A stretch of 37,946 bases of DNA from Candidatus Omnitrophota bacterium. Lineage in GTDB: Bacteria > Omnitrophota > 4484-213. Position numbers and translations under genes: made by a program. Location of the stretch: NCBI GenBank assembly GCA_021158625.1, contig JAGGUG010000076.1, positions 1 to 37,946 of the forward strand. The letters run 5' to 3'. The notes under the pieces were generated by a model. That model searched no databases. It saw only the letters and a list, made by a program, of their open reading frames with translations, and had not been told where the DNA came from. Positions 22,975 to 33,460 of this stretch are shown in pieces. How positions within the stretch are numbered: the first letter of the stretch is position 1; each line of letters begins with the position of its first letter.

Positions 22975-25413
22975 ATGTTTAGTCGTTTTACCGAACGTGC
23001 CCGAAAGGTCATTTTATTGGCAAAAGAGGAGGCAAAGAGGTTAAATCACGATTACATCGGCACCGAGCATATTTTATTAGGTCTGGTTAGAGAAGGCGAA
23101 GGAGTAGCCGCAGCAGTCCTCGAGGGATTATTGGGGATAAGTTTAGAGACGGTTCGCCTCGAGGTAGAAAAGTTAATTAAACCGGGAAGCGATCTCCTCG
23201 TCTCCGGGGATATTCCTTTTACGCCCAAGGCGAAAGAGGTACTTGAGTTAGCCTTTGACGAAGCGAAGAAGATGGGGCATAACTACATCGGCACCGAGCA
23301 TCTGCTATTGGGTTTGCTTCGCGAGAAGGAAGGGATTGGGGCACAGGTTTTGCTCAATCTGGGTTTAGATATAAATAAATTAAGAGAGGCGATAATGCGT
23401 CTTTTAGGAGAGGGGGTTCCTTCAGGAGAGCCAGATAGCGAAAGCCGCAGAGGCAGAACAAAAGAGAAGAGTAGAACCCCGGCTCTTGATGCCTTTGGTC
23501 GCGATCTCACCAGTCTGGCAAAGGAGGGCAAGCTTGACCCGGTTATTGGCCGGGTAAATGAGATCGAAAGGGTAATTCAGATATTAGCCCGACGGACAAA
23601 GAATAATCCGGTGCTCTTAGGAGAAGCCGGAGTGGGCAAGACAGCGATTGTGGAAGGTTTAGCCCAGAAGATAGTGGAGGGGAGTGTCCCCGAGGTTCTT
23701 CTGGACAAGAGGATTGTTATCCTTGATTTAGGGTTGATAGTTGCCGGGACAAAGTATCGTGGGCAGTTCGAAGAACGTATCAAAGCAGTAATGCAAGAGA
23801 TTAGAAGGACAAAGAATGTGATTATATTTATTGACGAACTGCATACATTGGTAGGAGCAGGGGGGGCAGAAGGGGCATTAGATGCCTCTAATATTCTCAA
23901 ACCGGCTCTCTCGCGGGGAGAGATACAATGCATCGGAGCAACCACTCTTAATGAATATCGTAAATATATTGAGAAAGACGCTGCCCTGGAAAGGAGATTT
24001 CAGACAATCACCGTTGACCCTCCCACAATCGAGGAAACAATAGAGATTCTTAAGGGTTTAAGGCCTAAATATGAGGCGTTTCATAAGGTAAAGATGAGCG
24101 ATGAGGCTTTGGAAGCAGCGGCTAAATTATCTGATAGATATATCAGCGGAAAATTTTTGCCCGATAAGGCGATTGACCTTATTGACGAAGCCGGCTCGCG
24201 AGCGAGATTAAGCGCTACAGTTGTTCCGCCCAATTTTAAAAATCTGAAGCAAAAGATCGAGAGGTTAGATAAACAGAAGAAAGAGGCAGTCAGCAACCAG
24301 GATTTTGAAAAAGCGGCTGAGATAAGAGACCTTGAGAGGAAAGCCAAAGAGGAGTTAGCTGAGAAAGAGAAAAACTGGAAGCAGCGCCGGGGAGAAAAGA
24401 AGATAACGCTTGGTAGAGAGGATATTGCCCGGGTTGTTTCCCAAATCACCAATATCCCCCTGGCGCAGTTAGAAGAAAAGGAAACAAAGAGATTACTACA
24501 AATGGAAAAGGAGATTCACAAGAGAGTAGTCGGTCAGGATGAAGCGGTGCGGGCTATCGCCCAGGCGGTGCGCCGCTCAAAGGCAGGGATTAAAGACCCC
24601 CGTCGGCCAATTGGTTCATTTATCTTTTTAGGACCTACCGGCGTAGGAAAAACCTTATTGGCAAGGGTATTAGCCGAGTTTATGTTTGGTCACGAAGATG
24701 CAATGTTTCAGATTGATATGTCCGAGTATATGGAGAAGTTTAATGTCTCCCGTTTGATCGGTGCCCCTCCCGGCTATGTGGGCTATGAAGAAGGGGGGCA
24801 GTTAACCGAGAAGGTGCGGAGAAAACCCTATTCGGTTGTCTTATTGGATGAGATTGAGAAAGCCCATCCCGATGTCTTCAATCTATTGCTCCAGATTTTA
24901 GAGGATGGTAGCCTTACTGATAGTTTTGGCCGCAAGGTAGATTTTAGAAATGTAATTTTGATAATGACCTCTAATGTGGGCACAGAGATGTTGAAGAAGA
25001 AAGGAACTATTGGTTTTTCTGCCCCTGAAGAAGATGCATCCTATGAGACGATGAAAAGAAAGGTATTGGATGCGGCAAAGAAGGTATTTCGGCCGGAGTT
25101 CCTGAATCGCATTGACGAGATGGTCGTTTTTCATTCCTTGACCAAAGAGGATTTAAAGAAGATTGTTGACTTGCAGATAGAAGAGGTCCAGGAGCGGCTC
25201 TCCGAGAAGCAGTTAAATATAAGGCTTACCTCTTCGGCTAAGGAATTTTTGATTGAAAAGGGTTATGACCCGCTTTTAGGGGCAAGACCCCTGCGTCGGA
25301 CTATCCAGAGATATCTGGAGGATCCCTTATCTGAGGAAATTCTCGCCGGGAGGTTTAAAGGTAAAAAGACAGTGGAGGTCTCTTTGAAGAACGGACGGTT
25401 GGTGTTTGGATGA
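22975..25413 (+). CDS. clpC: ATP-dependent Clp protease ATP-binding subunit ClpC
   Basis: Double Clp-N repeat, two AAA+ modules ([16 protein letters not shown]), and a UVR-like motif [11 protein letters not shown]. Confidence 0.95.
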   Translation: MFSRFTERARKVILLAKEEAKRLNHDYIGTEHILLGLVREGEGVAAAVLEGLLGISLETVRLEVEKLIKPGSDLLVSGDIPFTPKAKEVLELAFDEAKKMGHNYIGTEHLLLGLLREKEGIGAQVLLNLGLDINKLREAIMRLLGEGVPSGEPDSESRRGRTKEKSRTPALDAFGRDLTSLAKEGKLDPVIGRVNEIERVIQILARRTKNNPVLLGEAGVGKTAIVEGLAQKIVEGSVPEVLLDKRIVILDLGLIVAGTKYRGQFEERIKAVMQEIRRTKNVIIFIDELHTLVGAGGAEGALDASNILKPALSRGEIQCIGATTLNEYRKYIEKDAALERRFQTITVDPPTIEETIEILKGLRPKYEAFHKVKMSDEALEAAAKLSDRYISGKFLPDKAIDLIDEAGSRARLSATVVPPNFKNLKQKIERLDKQKKEAVSNQDFEKAAEIRDLERKAKEELAEKEKNWKQRRGEKKITLGREDIARVVSQITNIPLAQLEEKETKRLLQMEKEIHKRVVGQDEAVRAIAQAVRRSKAGIKDPRRPIGSFIFLGPTGVGKTLLARVLAEFMFGHEDAMFQIDMSEYMEKFNVSRLIGAPPGYVGYEEGGQLTEKVRRKPYSVVLLDEIEKAHPDVFNLLLQILEDGSLTDSFGRKVDFRNVILIMTSNVGTEMLKKKGTIGFSAPEEDASYETMKRKVLDAAKKVFRPEFLNRIDEMVVFHSLTKEDLKKIVDLQIEEVQERLSEKQLNIRLTSSAKEFLIEKGYDPLLGARPLRRTIQRYLEDPLSEEILAGRFKGKKTVEVSLKNGRLVFG

Positions 25414-26168
25414 ATAGCATTGTTTCCATCATAGAGTATTTTGGTGGCTTGACCCTCCTTTTATTTAGAACGATATTCTGGATTTTTACCCCTCCCTTTA
25501 AGGGAAAGCGGATTATTAAACAGGCAAATAAAATTGGGGTAAATGCTCTTTTTATTATCTTTTTGATTGCCGGATTTACGGGGATAGTCTTGGCTCTCCA
25601 GACCGCCTATCAGATGCGCAGGATTGGCTCAGAGATTTATATTGCCTCTCTTGTGTCTATCTCGATGGCTCGGGAATTAGGGCCGGTATTTACCGCTTTA
25701 GTGGTTGCCGGGAGAACCGGAGCGGCAATTACCGCTGAGATTGGCACAATGAAGGTTACCGAACAGATTGATGCCCTGGAGACCCTGGCGGTTAATCCGA
25801 TTAAATACTTAGTTGTGCCGCGTTTTCTGGCAAGTTTATTAGTTGTTCCTTTGCTTACTGTTTACGCTGATTTTATCGGGATATTAGGCGGCGGCTTGAT
25901 AGGAATTTACAAATTGGGAATTGGGCGTAATCTGTATTTTAGAATGGCTTTTCAGCCAATGGTATATAAGGATTTTTTTACCGGATTGATTAAGGCGTTT
26001 GTATTTGCGGCGATAATTTCCTTGGTCGGCTGTTATGAGGGATTTCGCACCAAAGGGGGAGCCGAAGGAGTGGGCAAAGCGACTACTGCTTCTGTGGTTA
26101 TTTCGTTTATTTTAATCATCGCCGCCGATTGCCTGTTTACGGCGATATTTTATTTTCTTTTTCCATAA
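25410..26168 (+). CDS. mlaE: Phospholipid ABC transporter permease MlaE
   Basis: MlaE-type permease with RELGPV..A...AGR.G.A..AE.G.M. ATGA overlap with the clpC stop. Confidence 0.9.
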   Translation: MNSIVSIIEYFGGLTLLLFRTIFWIFTPPFKGKRIIKQANKIGVNALFIIFLIAGFTGIVLALQTAYQMRRIGSEIYIASLVSISMARELGPVFTALVVAGRTGAAITAEIGTMKVTEQIDALETLAVNPIKYLVVPRFLASLLVVPLLTVYADFIGILGGGLIGIYKLGIGRNLYFRMAFQPMVYKDFFTGLIKAFVFAAIISLVGCYEGFRTKGGAEGVGKATTASVVISFILIIAADCLFTAIFYFLFP

Positions 26169-26177
26169 CATATGTCT

Positions 26178-26227
26178 GAAGTTTCGCTTCAGACAAGTTG
26201 AAGAAGTTTCGCTTCGGACAAGTTGAA
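26178..26227 (+). repeat. 25-nt tandem repeat x2 (GAAGTTTCGCTTC[A/G]GACAAGTTGAA) filling the mlaE-mlaF spacer
   Basis: 24/25 identical. Each unit contains the mini-hairpin GAAG-TTTCG-CTTC. It ends 2 nt before the mlaF ATG. Confidence 0.9.
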
Positions 26228-26229
26228 AG

Positions 26230-26973
26230 ATGATTAAGATAAGGAACTTACGAAAATCCTTTGGCGAGCACCTAATTTTGGATAATTTGAATTTAGATGT
26301 TCGTAGAGGCGAGACAATGGTAATTATTGGGCGAAGTGGTTGCGGGAAGAGTGTTTTGTTGAAGCATATTGTGGGTATTCTCAAGCCGGATAGAGGAGAG
26401 ATTTTTGTAAACGGAGAAAATATAGTTAATTTAGATAGAAAGAGATTGAGTGAACTACGGATGAAGATAGGCGTGCTCTTTCAGGAAGGTGCATTATTTG
26501 ATTCGCTCACTGTGGGAGAGAATGTAGGTTTTTTGTTGTTAGAACACAGCAAGAAAAGTCGGAGGGAGATTTTTGAGAAATATGTTCGAGAAAAGCTGGC
26601 AATGGTTGGCTTGAGCGGTGTGGAGGACTTAAGGCCGGCTGAACTCAGTGGAGGAATGAAAAAACGCGTAGGTTTAGCCCGGGCAATCTGCGCCAATCCC
26701 GAGCTCATCCTTTACGATGAACCAACCACTGGTGTTGACCCGATTATGGCTGCGGTGATTAACGACCTCATCAGAAAATTGCATAATCAATTAAAAGTAA
26801 CCTCAGTAGCAGTTACTCACGATATAAAAAGCGCCTACAAAATAGCCGACCGCATCGCAATGCTCTATCAGGGAAAGATTATTGAAGTTGGCACTCCCCG
26901 GGAGATTAAAAATAGTTCTAATCCAGTCATTCAGCAATTTATAAAAGGGGAAAAGGAGGGCCCAATTAAATAA
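26230..26973 (+). CDS. mlaF: Phospholipid ABC transporter ATP-binding protein MlaF
   Basis: GRSGCGKS Walker A, LSGGMKKRVGLARA signature, LILYDEPT Walker B. Confidence 0.9.
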   Translation: MIKIRNLRKSFGEHLILDNLNLDVRRGETMVIIGRSGCGKSVLLKHIVGILKPDRGEIFVNGENIVNLDRKRLSELRMKIGVLFQEGALFDSLTVGENVGFLLLEHSKKSRREIFEKYVREKLAMVGLSGVEDLRPAELSGGMKKRVGLARAICANPELILYDEPTTGVDPIMAAVINDLIRKLHNQLKVTSVAVTHDIKSAYKIADRIAMLYQGKIIEVGTPREIKNSSNPVIQQFIKGEKEGPIK

Positions 26974-27208
26974 AATTCCAAATCACAAATTCCAAATCAC
27001 AAATAAATTCCAATTGACCCTGTTAAATGCCACTTCGTGGCAATTTCGCCTCTGGCGGAATTATTTAACAGGGTGAACCCAAAAAAATAACAAGAGAATG
27101 TCTTTAAGTAGGTGTTTTGGTCATTGCTTATTGGCTAGGGGACTTGCCCGCAGGGCGAGTATATTTGGAATTTATTTGTTATTTGGTGCTTGGAATTTGG
27201 TGCTTCAC
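26974..27208. repeat. About 235-nt long inverted-repeat element with CCAAAT-type heptamer arms and no ORF, between mlaF and mlaD
   Basis: Left arm AATTCCAAATCACAAATTCCAAATCACAAATAAATTCCAA; right arm TTGGAATTTATTTGTTATTTGGTGCTTGGAATTTGGTGCTTCAC. There is a 15-nt perfect complementary core. A 23-mer at 27170-27192 is the exact reverse complement of 37562-37584. Confidence 0.75.
27016..27075. repeat. 60-nt TACCCTGTTAAAT-family element nested inside the long inverted repeat
   Basis: GACCCTGTTAAAT + GCCAC-TTC-GTGGC + AATTTCGCC-TCT-GGCGGAATT + ATTTAACAGGGTG. Confidence 0.85.
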
Positions 27209-27219
27209 TGGGGGTAGGC

Positions 27220-27957
27220 ATGCACATAAGGACAGAGTTTAAAGTAGGTCTATTTGTTTTTCTGGCTTTGCTTATCTTTTTTGTTATTGTTTTTTTTATC
27301 GGCGATTTTTCCTTAAAGCAGGGTTATACCCTTTTTGTCCGCTTTAATTTTGTGAATGGCTTAGAACCAGCCGCCCCCGTGAGATTAGCCGGCGTAAAGG
27401 TGGGAGAGGTGAAAGAAATAAAGGTGACTAAAAATCGCCCGCCGGTGGAAGTTCGGTTATGGCTCAAGAAAGGAACTCCTGTTGAAAGGAACTGCCGGGT
27501 TTACATCAACAGTTTAGGGCTGTTGGGGGAGAAGTATGTGGAGATTTCGCCCGGCAAATCCTCTGTTTTAATCAAACCTGGAGAAACAATTATTGGCTGC
27601 GACCCTGTTTCTCTTCAGCAACTTTCTCATTTAGGTGAACAAACGATTAGAAAGGTAGATAGAGTAATTGGGAATTTAGAAGAGATAATCAGCGACGAGG
27701 AGGTGAGGAGGGATATAAAGGAGATAATCAAGGATAGCAAGCAATTGAGCCAGCAGCTCAATGTTGTTGTTGATGAAGCGAATCAATCCTTAGCCAATCT
27801 CAATTTTATCTTTGAGCGGATAAACAGAGGAGAAGGGACAATCGGTAAACTTCTCAGCGATGAGGAGTTGTATAATGAAATTAGGGATTTGGTCCAGGAT
27901 ATCAAAAAACATCCCTGGAAGTTGTTCTGGAAAACGAAAGAGAAAAGGAAAAAATAA
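27220..27957 (+). CDS. mlaD: MlaD (MCE-domain) periplasmic lipid-binding protein
   Basis: N-terminal TM (VGLFVFLALLIFFVIVFFIG), MCE domain GL...APVRLAGVKVGEV. The ATG at 27220 is preferred. The track TTG at 27190 lies in the repeat arm. Confidence 0.85.
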   Translation: MHIRTEFKVGLFVFLALLIFFVIVFFIGDFSLKQGYTLFVRFNFVNGLEPAAPVRLAGVKVGEVKEIKVTKNRPPVEVRLWLKKGTPVERNCRVYINSLGLLGEKYVEISPGKSSVLIKPGETIIGCDPVSLQQLSHLGEQTIRKVDRVIGNLEEIISDEEVRRDIKEIIKDSKQLSQQLNVVVDEANQSLANLNFIFERINRGEGTIGKLLSDEELYNEIRDLVQDIKKHPWKLFWKTKEKRKK

Positions 27958-27965
27958 ATAAGAGC

Positions 27966-28015
27966 GTCCGCCTTTGGCGGACTTCGGCTCTCGCTTCGCG
28001 AGGAAGGAAAGGAGG
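27966..28015 (+). repeat. Third copy of the leader module (GTCCGCC-TTT-GGCGGAC + CTTCGGCTCTCGCTTCGCGAGGAAGGAAAGGAGG), supplying the gap Shine-Dalgarno
   Basis: 33 of 34 nt are identical to 9340-9373. It ends 5 nt before the gap ATG. Confidence 0.85.
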
Positions 28016-28020
28016 AATAA

Positions 28021-29058
<1,038 letters not shown>

Positions 29059-29149
29059 ATGAGTATCTTGAATTTTTAGACAAAGCAGAAAAGGCGATGG
29101 GGGTTATTTTACCCTCAAAGAGAATAACCAGAGACAAGGATTTTCGACT

Positions 29150-30445
29150 ATGAAAGACATCTCTATAATCGGCAGCGGTTATGTGGGTTTGGTCAGTGGC
29201 ACTTGTTTAGCCGAGATTGGGCATAGTGTCCTTTGTGTGGATAGCGATAGAGAGAAGATAAGGAAATTGCAGGATGGTGTTGTGCCGATTTATGAGCCGG
29301 GACTGAAAGAATTGATTGCTAAGAATAGAAAGGCAGGGCGGTTATCTTTCAGCACCAGCGTTAAAAAAGCGGTTGAAAATTCTGAGATTATCTTTATTGC
29401 TGTTCAGACCCCGCCCAGGGAAAATGGTGAAGCCGACCTTTACTATGTAGAATCAGTAGCCCGTCAGATAGCCCAACTAATGGATAGATATAAAGTCATA
29501 GTTAGCAAAAGTACGATGCCGGTAGAAACAGGGAAGAAGATAAAAGAGACCATTCGAACTTATTGTTCTAAAGATATTGAGTTTGATGTAGTTTCTAATC
29601 CCGAGTTTCTCAAAGAGGGTTCGGCAGTAGAGGATTTTTTGCATCCGCAGAGGATTGTGGTCGGCGTAGAGACAAAAAGGGCTGAGAAGATTATGCGCGA
29701 ACTCTACAGGCCAATAAGGGCACCGTTTATTGCCACCAATATTGAAACTGCTGAAATTATCAAGCACAGTTGCAATGCCTTTTTGGCAACCAAGATTTCC
29801 TTTATCAATGCTCTCTCCAATCTCTGCGAGAAGGTAGGAGCGGATGTTGAAGAGGTAGCCCGGGCAATGGGTCTGGACAAGAGAATAGGCAGATCCTTTT
29901 TGAAGGCAGGCATTGGTTACGGCGGTTCCTGTTTTCCAAAGGATGTAGATGCCTTTGTCCATATCGCTGCCCAAAAGGGTTATGACTTTGAGTTATTAAG
30001 GGTAGTTCAAAAGATCAATCAATTTCAGAAAGAGAATTTTGTTAAAAAAATTAAAAAGGCCCTCTGGAATCTAAAGGATAAAAAGATTGGGGTATTGGGT
30101 TTGTCCTTCAAACCCAATACTGATGATATGCGCAATGCTCCTTCTATTGATATCATTAAGACACTTATAAAAGAAGGAGTGCTGGTCAAGGCTTATGACC
30201 CGGCAGCGATGAAAAAAGCCCGGAAAATCTTCAAGGATAAGATTATCTACTCTTCTAATCTTTATGAAACAGCAAGAGGAAGCGATGCCCTGATAATTCT
30301 CACCGAGTGGGATGAATTCAAGAAAATGAATTTAGAAAGGATAAGGAAACTACTAAAGGTGAAGATAATTATTGATGGCCGAAATATGTTCGAACCGCAG
30401 AAGATGAGCAGATTAGGGTTTAAATATATTTGTATAGGTCGCTAA
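29150..30445 (+). CDS. ugd: UDP-glucose 6-dehydrogenase
   Basis: GSGYVGLV Rossmann motif, GGSCFPKD catalytic Cys, GLSFKPNTDD. Confidence 0.93.
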   Translation: MKDISIIGSGYVGLVSGTCLAEIGHSVLCVDSDREKIRKLQDGVVPIYEPGLKELIAKNRKAGRLSFSTSVKKAVENSEIIFIAVQTPPRENGEADLYYVESVARQIAQLMDRYKVIVSKSTMPVETGKKIKETIRTYCSKDIEFDVVSNPEFLKEGSAVEDFLHPQRIVVGVETKRAEKIMRELYRPIRAPFIATNIETAEIIKHSCNAFLATKISFINALSNLCEKVGADVEEVARAMGLDKRIGRSFLKAGIGYGGSCFPKDVDAFVHIAAQKGYDFELLRVVQKINQFQKENFVKKIKKALWNLKDKKIGVLGLSFKPNTDDMRNAPSIDIIKTLIKEGVLVKAYDPAAMKKARKIFKDKIIYSSNLYETARGSDALIILTEWDEFKKMNLERIRKLLKVKIIIDGRNMFEPQKMSRLGFKYICIGR

Positions 30446-30489
30446 AAATACTTCAGCGACCTTATTGATTTTTTGGATAGGAAACGAAG

Positions 30490-31464
30490 ATGAGAATTTT
30501 GGTTACCGGTGGTGCGGGGTTTATTGGCTCGCATCTCTGCAAGAGATTTATTGAGCAAGGAAATAAAGTAATCTGCATAGATAATTTTATTACCGGCACA
30601 AAGAAAAACATAGAAGAACTACTGCATTCTTCAAACTTTAAATTAATTGAACGCGACATATCAATACCTCTGTATATAGAGGAAGATTTAGATTGGGTTC
30701 TTCATTTCGCTTCTTTAGCCTCCCCCAAGCACTATCTAAACTATCCCATTAAAACACTCAAATCCGGTCTTTTGGGCACTTATAATTGCCTTGGATTAGC
30801 AAAGGAAAAAAAAGCAAAATTTTTCCTGGCTTCTACCTCTGAGGTCTATGGCGACCCCTCAATCCATCCGCAACCCGAGGAGTATTGGGGAAATGTTAAT
30901 CCTATCGGGCTCCGGAGTTGTTATGATGAGAGCAAGCGCGCGGCTGAAGCCCTAACCTATGCCTATATGCGTCAGCACAATTTAGATGTTCGAGTGGCGC
31001 GTATATTTAATAGCTATGGTCCGAATATGCAAGCAGACGATGGAAGGGTTGTCTCTAATTTTATTGTTCAAGCATTAAAGGGTAAGGATTTAACCGTGTA
31101 TGGAGAGGGTAATCAAACCCGTTCTTTTTGCTATATTAATGATTTAATAGAAGGAATTTTAAAAATGATGGAGGTTGATTATAAGTTGCCTTTAAATTTA
31201 GGAAGTTCTTCCGAGTTTAAGATTATTGAAGTGGCTAATTTGGTATTAAAATCTACAAATTCAAACTCAAAGATAAAATTCCTACCCTTGCCTGAAGATG
31301 ACCCCAAGCGAAGAAAACCTGATATAAGTAAAGCTAAAAAGATATTAAACTGGCAGCCAAGAGTTTCCCTGGAAGAGGGTTTAAAGAAAACAATAGAGTT
31401 TTTTACCCTGTTAAATTGTTCGCCGAAGGCGAACACCTCACAAAGCGAGGATTTAACAGGGTAA
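30490..31464 (+). CDS. UDP-glucuronate decarboxylase (UDP-xylose synthase-like SDR)
   Basis: VTGGAGFIGSHL, STSEVYGDP, YDESKR, RIFNSYGP. The last 19 aa and the stop codon come from the repeat element. Confidence 0.88.
   Translation: MRILVTGGAGFIGSHLCKRFIEQGNKVICIDNFITGTKKNIEELLHSSNFKLIERDISIPLYIEEDLDWVLHFASLASPKHYLNYPIKTLKSGLLGTYNCLGLAKEKKAKFFLASTSEVYGDPSIHPQPEEYWGNVNPIGLRSCYDESKRAAEALTYAYMRQHNLDVRVARIFNSYGPNMQADDGRVVSNFIVQALKGKDLTVYGEGNQTRSFCYINDLIEGILKMMEVDYKLPLNLGSSSEFKIIEVANLVLKSTNSNSKIKFLPLPEDDPKRRKPDISKAKKILNWQPRVSLEEGLKKTIEFFTLLNCSPKANTSQSEDLTG
31404..31463. repeat. Exactly 60-nt TACCCTGTTAAAT-family element forming the uxs 3' end
   Basis: TACCCTGTTAAAT + TGTTCGCC-GAA-GGCGAACA + CCTC-ACAAAGC-GAGG + ATTTAACAGGGTA. 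The TAA stop at 31462-31464 is formed by the last two element bases (TA) plus the next base. Confidence 0.88.
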
Positions 31465-31466
31465 AT

Positions 31467-31835
31467 ATGAAACCCCTATACGCCTTATTTATTTCTATAA
31501 GTTTAGCAATAGTCGGACAGATTTTGATGAAGTCAGCAATGCTGAAGATAGGTGAGATACACCTGCGCTGGGATAATCTCTTGGCAATGCTCTGGAAGAT
31601 CTTCAGCCATTCCACCGTTCTCTTGGGGTTATTATTTTTTGGAGCAAGCGCCTTTTTATGGTTAGTCGCCCTGAGTAAAATCAAGCTTTCTCTGGCCTAT
31701 CCGATGGTAGCAATTACCTATGTAGCTATTCCTGTTTTATCTTATTTTATATTTAAAGAATCTTTAAATCCCGCAAAGATAGTTGCCCTTGCTATTATAA
31801 TTTTGGGAGTTATTCTGCTGGCGAGATTTTCTTAA
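31467..31835 (+). CDS. Small 4-TM EamA/SMR-like membrane protein (ArnE/ArnF-like putative lipid-linked sugar flippase subunit)
   Basis: 122 aa, four hydrophobic segments, within a nucleotide-sugar cluster. The ATG at 31467 is preferred. The track start at 31416 lies inside the repeat and uxs. Confidence 0.55.
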   Translation: MKPLYALFISISLAIVGQILMKSAMLKIGEIHLRWDNLLAMLWKIFSHSTVLLGLLFFGASAFLWLVALSKIKLSLAYPMVAITYVAIPVLSYFIFKESLNPAKIVALAIIILGVILLARFS

Positions 31836-31864
31836 AGAGGTCTCTGAGAAATCCAGAGACCTCT
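31836..31864 (+). terminator. Perfect 11-bp stem-loop (AGAGGTCTCTG-AGAAATC-CAGAGACCTCT) right after the arnE-like stop
   Basis: Read directly. The downstream T-tract is weak (GATTACAGCGATTTT), so a terminator function is only plausible. Confidence 0.45.
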
Positions 31865-31929
31865 GATTACAGCGATTTTAGAAACGATTACACCAATTTA
31901 CTAATGCCGAGTGAAACGAGGTATATCTT

Positions 31930-32808
31930 ATGAAAGGAATAATTTTAGCCGGTGGTAAAGCGTCAAGGTTATATCCAATTACAAGAGGGGTCTGTAAGCA
32001 GATGCTTCCTCTCTACGATAAGCCGATGATTTATTATCCCTTATCGACGCTGATGCTTGCCGGGATAAGGAATATTTTGATTATTTCCACACCCAAGGAT
32101 ACCCCCAGATTTAAAGATTTATTAGGAGACGGCGCAGATTTAGGATTAAAACTTTCCTATGCTGTCCAACAAAGGCCCAGGGGTATAGCCGAGTCTTTTA
32201 TAATCGGCGAAGATTTTATTGGGAAGGATAATATATCTCTGATTTTAGGTGATAATATCTTTTTCGGTCATAATCTTGTTGATTTTTTAAAAAAGGCAGT
32301 TGCTCTTCGGGAAGGGGCGATAATTCTTGGCTATTATGTAAAAGACCCTGAACGATACGGTGTTATTGAATTTGATGAGGATGGGAATGCCTTATCTATA
32401 GAGGAAAAACCGCAAAATCCCCGCTCAAATTATGCCGTGTGCGGGCTCTATTTTTATGACAATAATGTAATTGATATTGCAAAGGGTATCAAACCTTCTT
32501 CAAGAGGGGAACTGGAAATCACCAGCGTTAATAATGAATACATCAGAAGGGAGAAATTAAGGGTCGAATTACTCGGGCGGGGTTATGCCTGGCTGGACAC
32601 GGGGACCTATGATTCTTTAATGGACGCCTCACTTTTTATTAAAACCATAGAAGAGCGGCAGGGGCTAAAGATAGGATGCATTGAAGAGGTTGCCTATAGA
32701 ATGGGCTATATTGATGCCGAGCAGTTGGAAAAATTAGCAGAGAGAATAGATACTAATTACGGTAGGTACTTGATGAATATTCTTAAGGAAAAAGAGAGGA
32801 GAGAATAG
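31930..32808 (+). CDS. rfbA: Glucose-1-phosphate thymidylyltransferase
   Basis: [31 protein letters not shown]. Confidence 0.95.
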   Translation: MKGIILAGGKASRLYPITRGVCKQMLPLYDKPMIYYPLSTLMLAGIRNILIISTPKDTPRFKDLLGDGADLGLKLSYAVQQRPRGIAESFIIGEDFIGKDNISLILGDNIFFGHNLVDFLKKAVALREGAIILGYYVKDPERYGVIEFDEDGNALSIEEKPQNPRSNYAVCGLYFYDNNVIDIAKGIKPSSRGELEITSVNNEYIRREKLRVELLGRGYAWLDTGTYDSLMDASLFIKTIEERQGLKIGCIEEVAYRMGYIDAEQLEKLAERIDTNYGRYLMNILKEKERRE

Positions 32809-32810
32809 GG

Positions 32811-33362
32811 GTGTCTTTTACCTTTAAAAGATTAGAGATTCCCGATGTAATCTTGATTGAACCTCGGGTCCTTGAGGATGAACGCGGATTTTTTATGGAG
32901 ACCTATAAATGGACAGATTTTACCAAATTCGGGATAAAGGAGCGATTTATTCAGGATAATCACTCCAAGTCCGTGGCAAAAGGCGTATTGAGAGGATTAC
33001 ATTTTCAGAAAGAACCGATGGGACAGGCAAAATTAGTGAGAGTAATCGCCGGGAGTGTCTTTGATGTGGCAGTGGATATACGAAGAGATTCACCGACTTA
33101 TGGGAAATGGATTTCCGTAGTGCTTTCCGCCAAGAATAAGAAGATGTTATATATCCCTGAGGGATTTGCTCACGGATTTTGTACGCTGGAGAAAGATAGT
33201 GAAGTTATTTATAAATGTAGTAATATCTACTCTCCAGAGCACGAAAGAGGCATAATCTGGAACGATAAGGATATTAATATCCAGTGGCCAATAGAGAACC
33301 CTATTCTTTCTGAAAAGGATTCTAAACTCCCTCTGTTGGATAAGATAGATTCGCCCTGTTAA
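32811..33362 (+). CDS. rfbC: dTDP-4-dehydrorhamnose 3,5-epimerase (GTG start)
   Basis: DERGFF.E, RGLHFQ, KLVRV..G.VFDVAVD.R, PEGFAHGF. Confidence 0.93.
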   Translation: MSFTFKRLEIPDVILIEPRVLEDERGFFMETYKWTDFTKFGIKERFIQDNHSKSVAKGVLRGLHFQKEPMGQAKLVRVIAGSVFDVAVDIRRDSPTYGKWISVVLSAKNKKMLYIPEGFAHGFCTLEKDSEVIYKCSNIYSPEHERGIIWNDKDINIQWPIENPILSEKDSKLPLLDKIDSPC

Positions 33363-33460
33363 AATCCCAATTTATTGGATTGCCCCGGAAAGGTACAATT
33401 TTGGGGCAACTTCTCTATCTATAAATAGGAACAACTTCTTTATCGTTCTTATTTCTAACA

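Noticed and set aside
23283-25134. Long antisense ORFs inside clpC (23283..23531, 23577..23945, 24081..24452, 24898..25134); similar ones occur inside ugd (29477..29974), apgM (36572..37027), gatB, ribD and the DRTGG gene
   Set aside because: These are typical shadow ORFs opposite strongly supported genes. They have Ser/Leu/Arg-rich composition, no RBS and no recognisable domains.
27190-27219. Upstream ORF-track starts at 27190 (mlaD), 31416 (arnE-like), 35243 (epimerase), 8137 (PP-loop), 21583 (pilC), 21189 (rpsU), 9375 (ribH) and 9975 (nusB)
   Set aside because: Each extension runs through a repeat arm or the preceding gene, and most begin at non-ATG codons. Internal starts (ATG, or TTG for rpsU) give canonical N-termini, and in most cases an SD or ATGA overlap with the upstream gene supports them.
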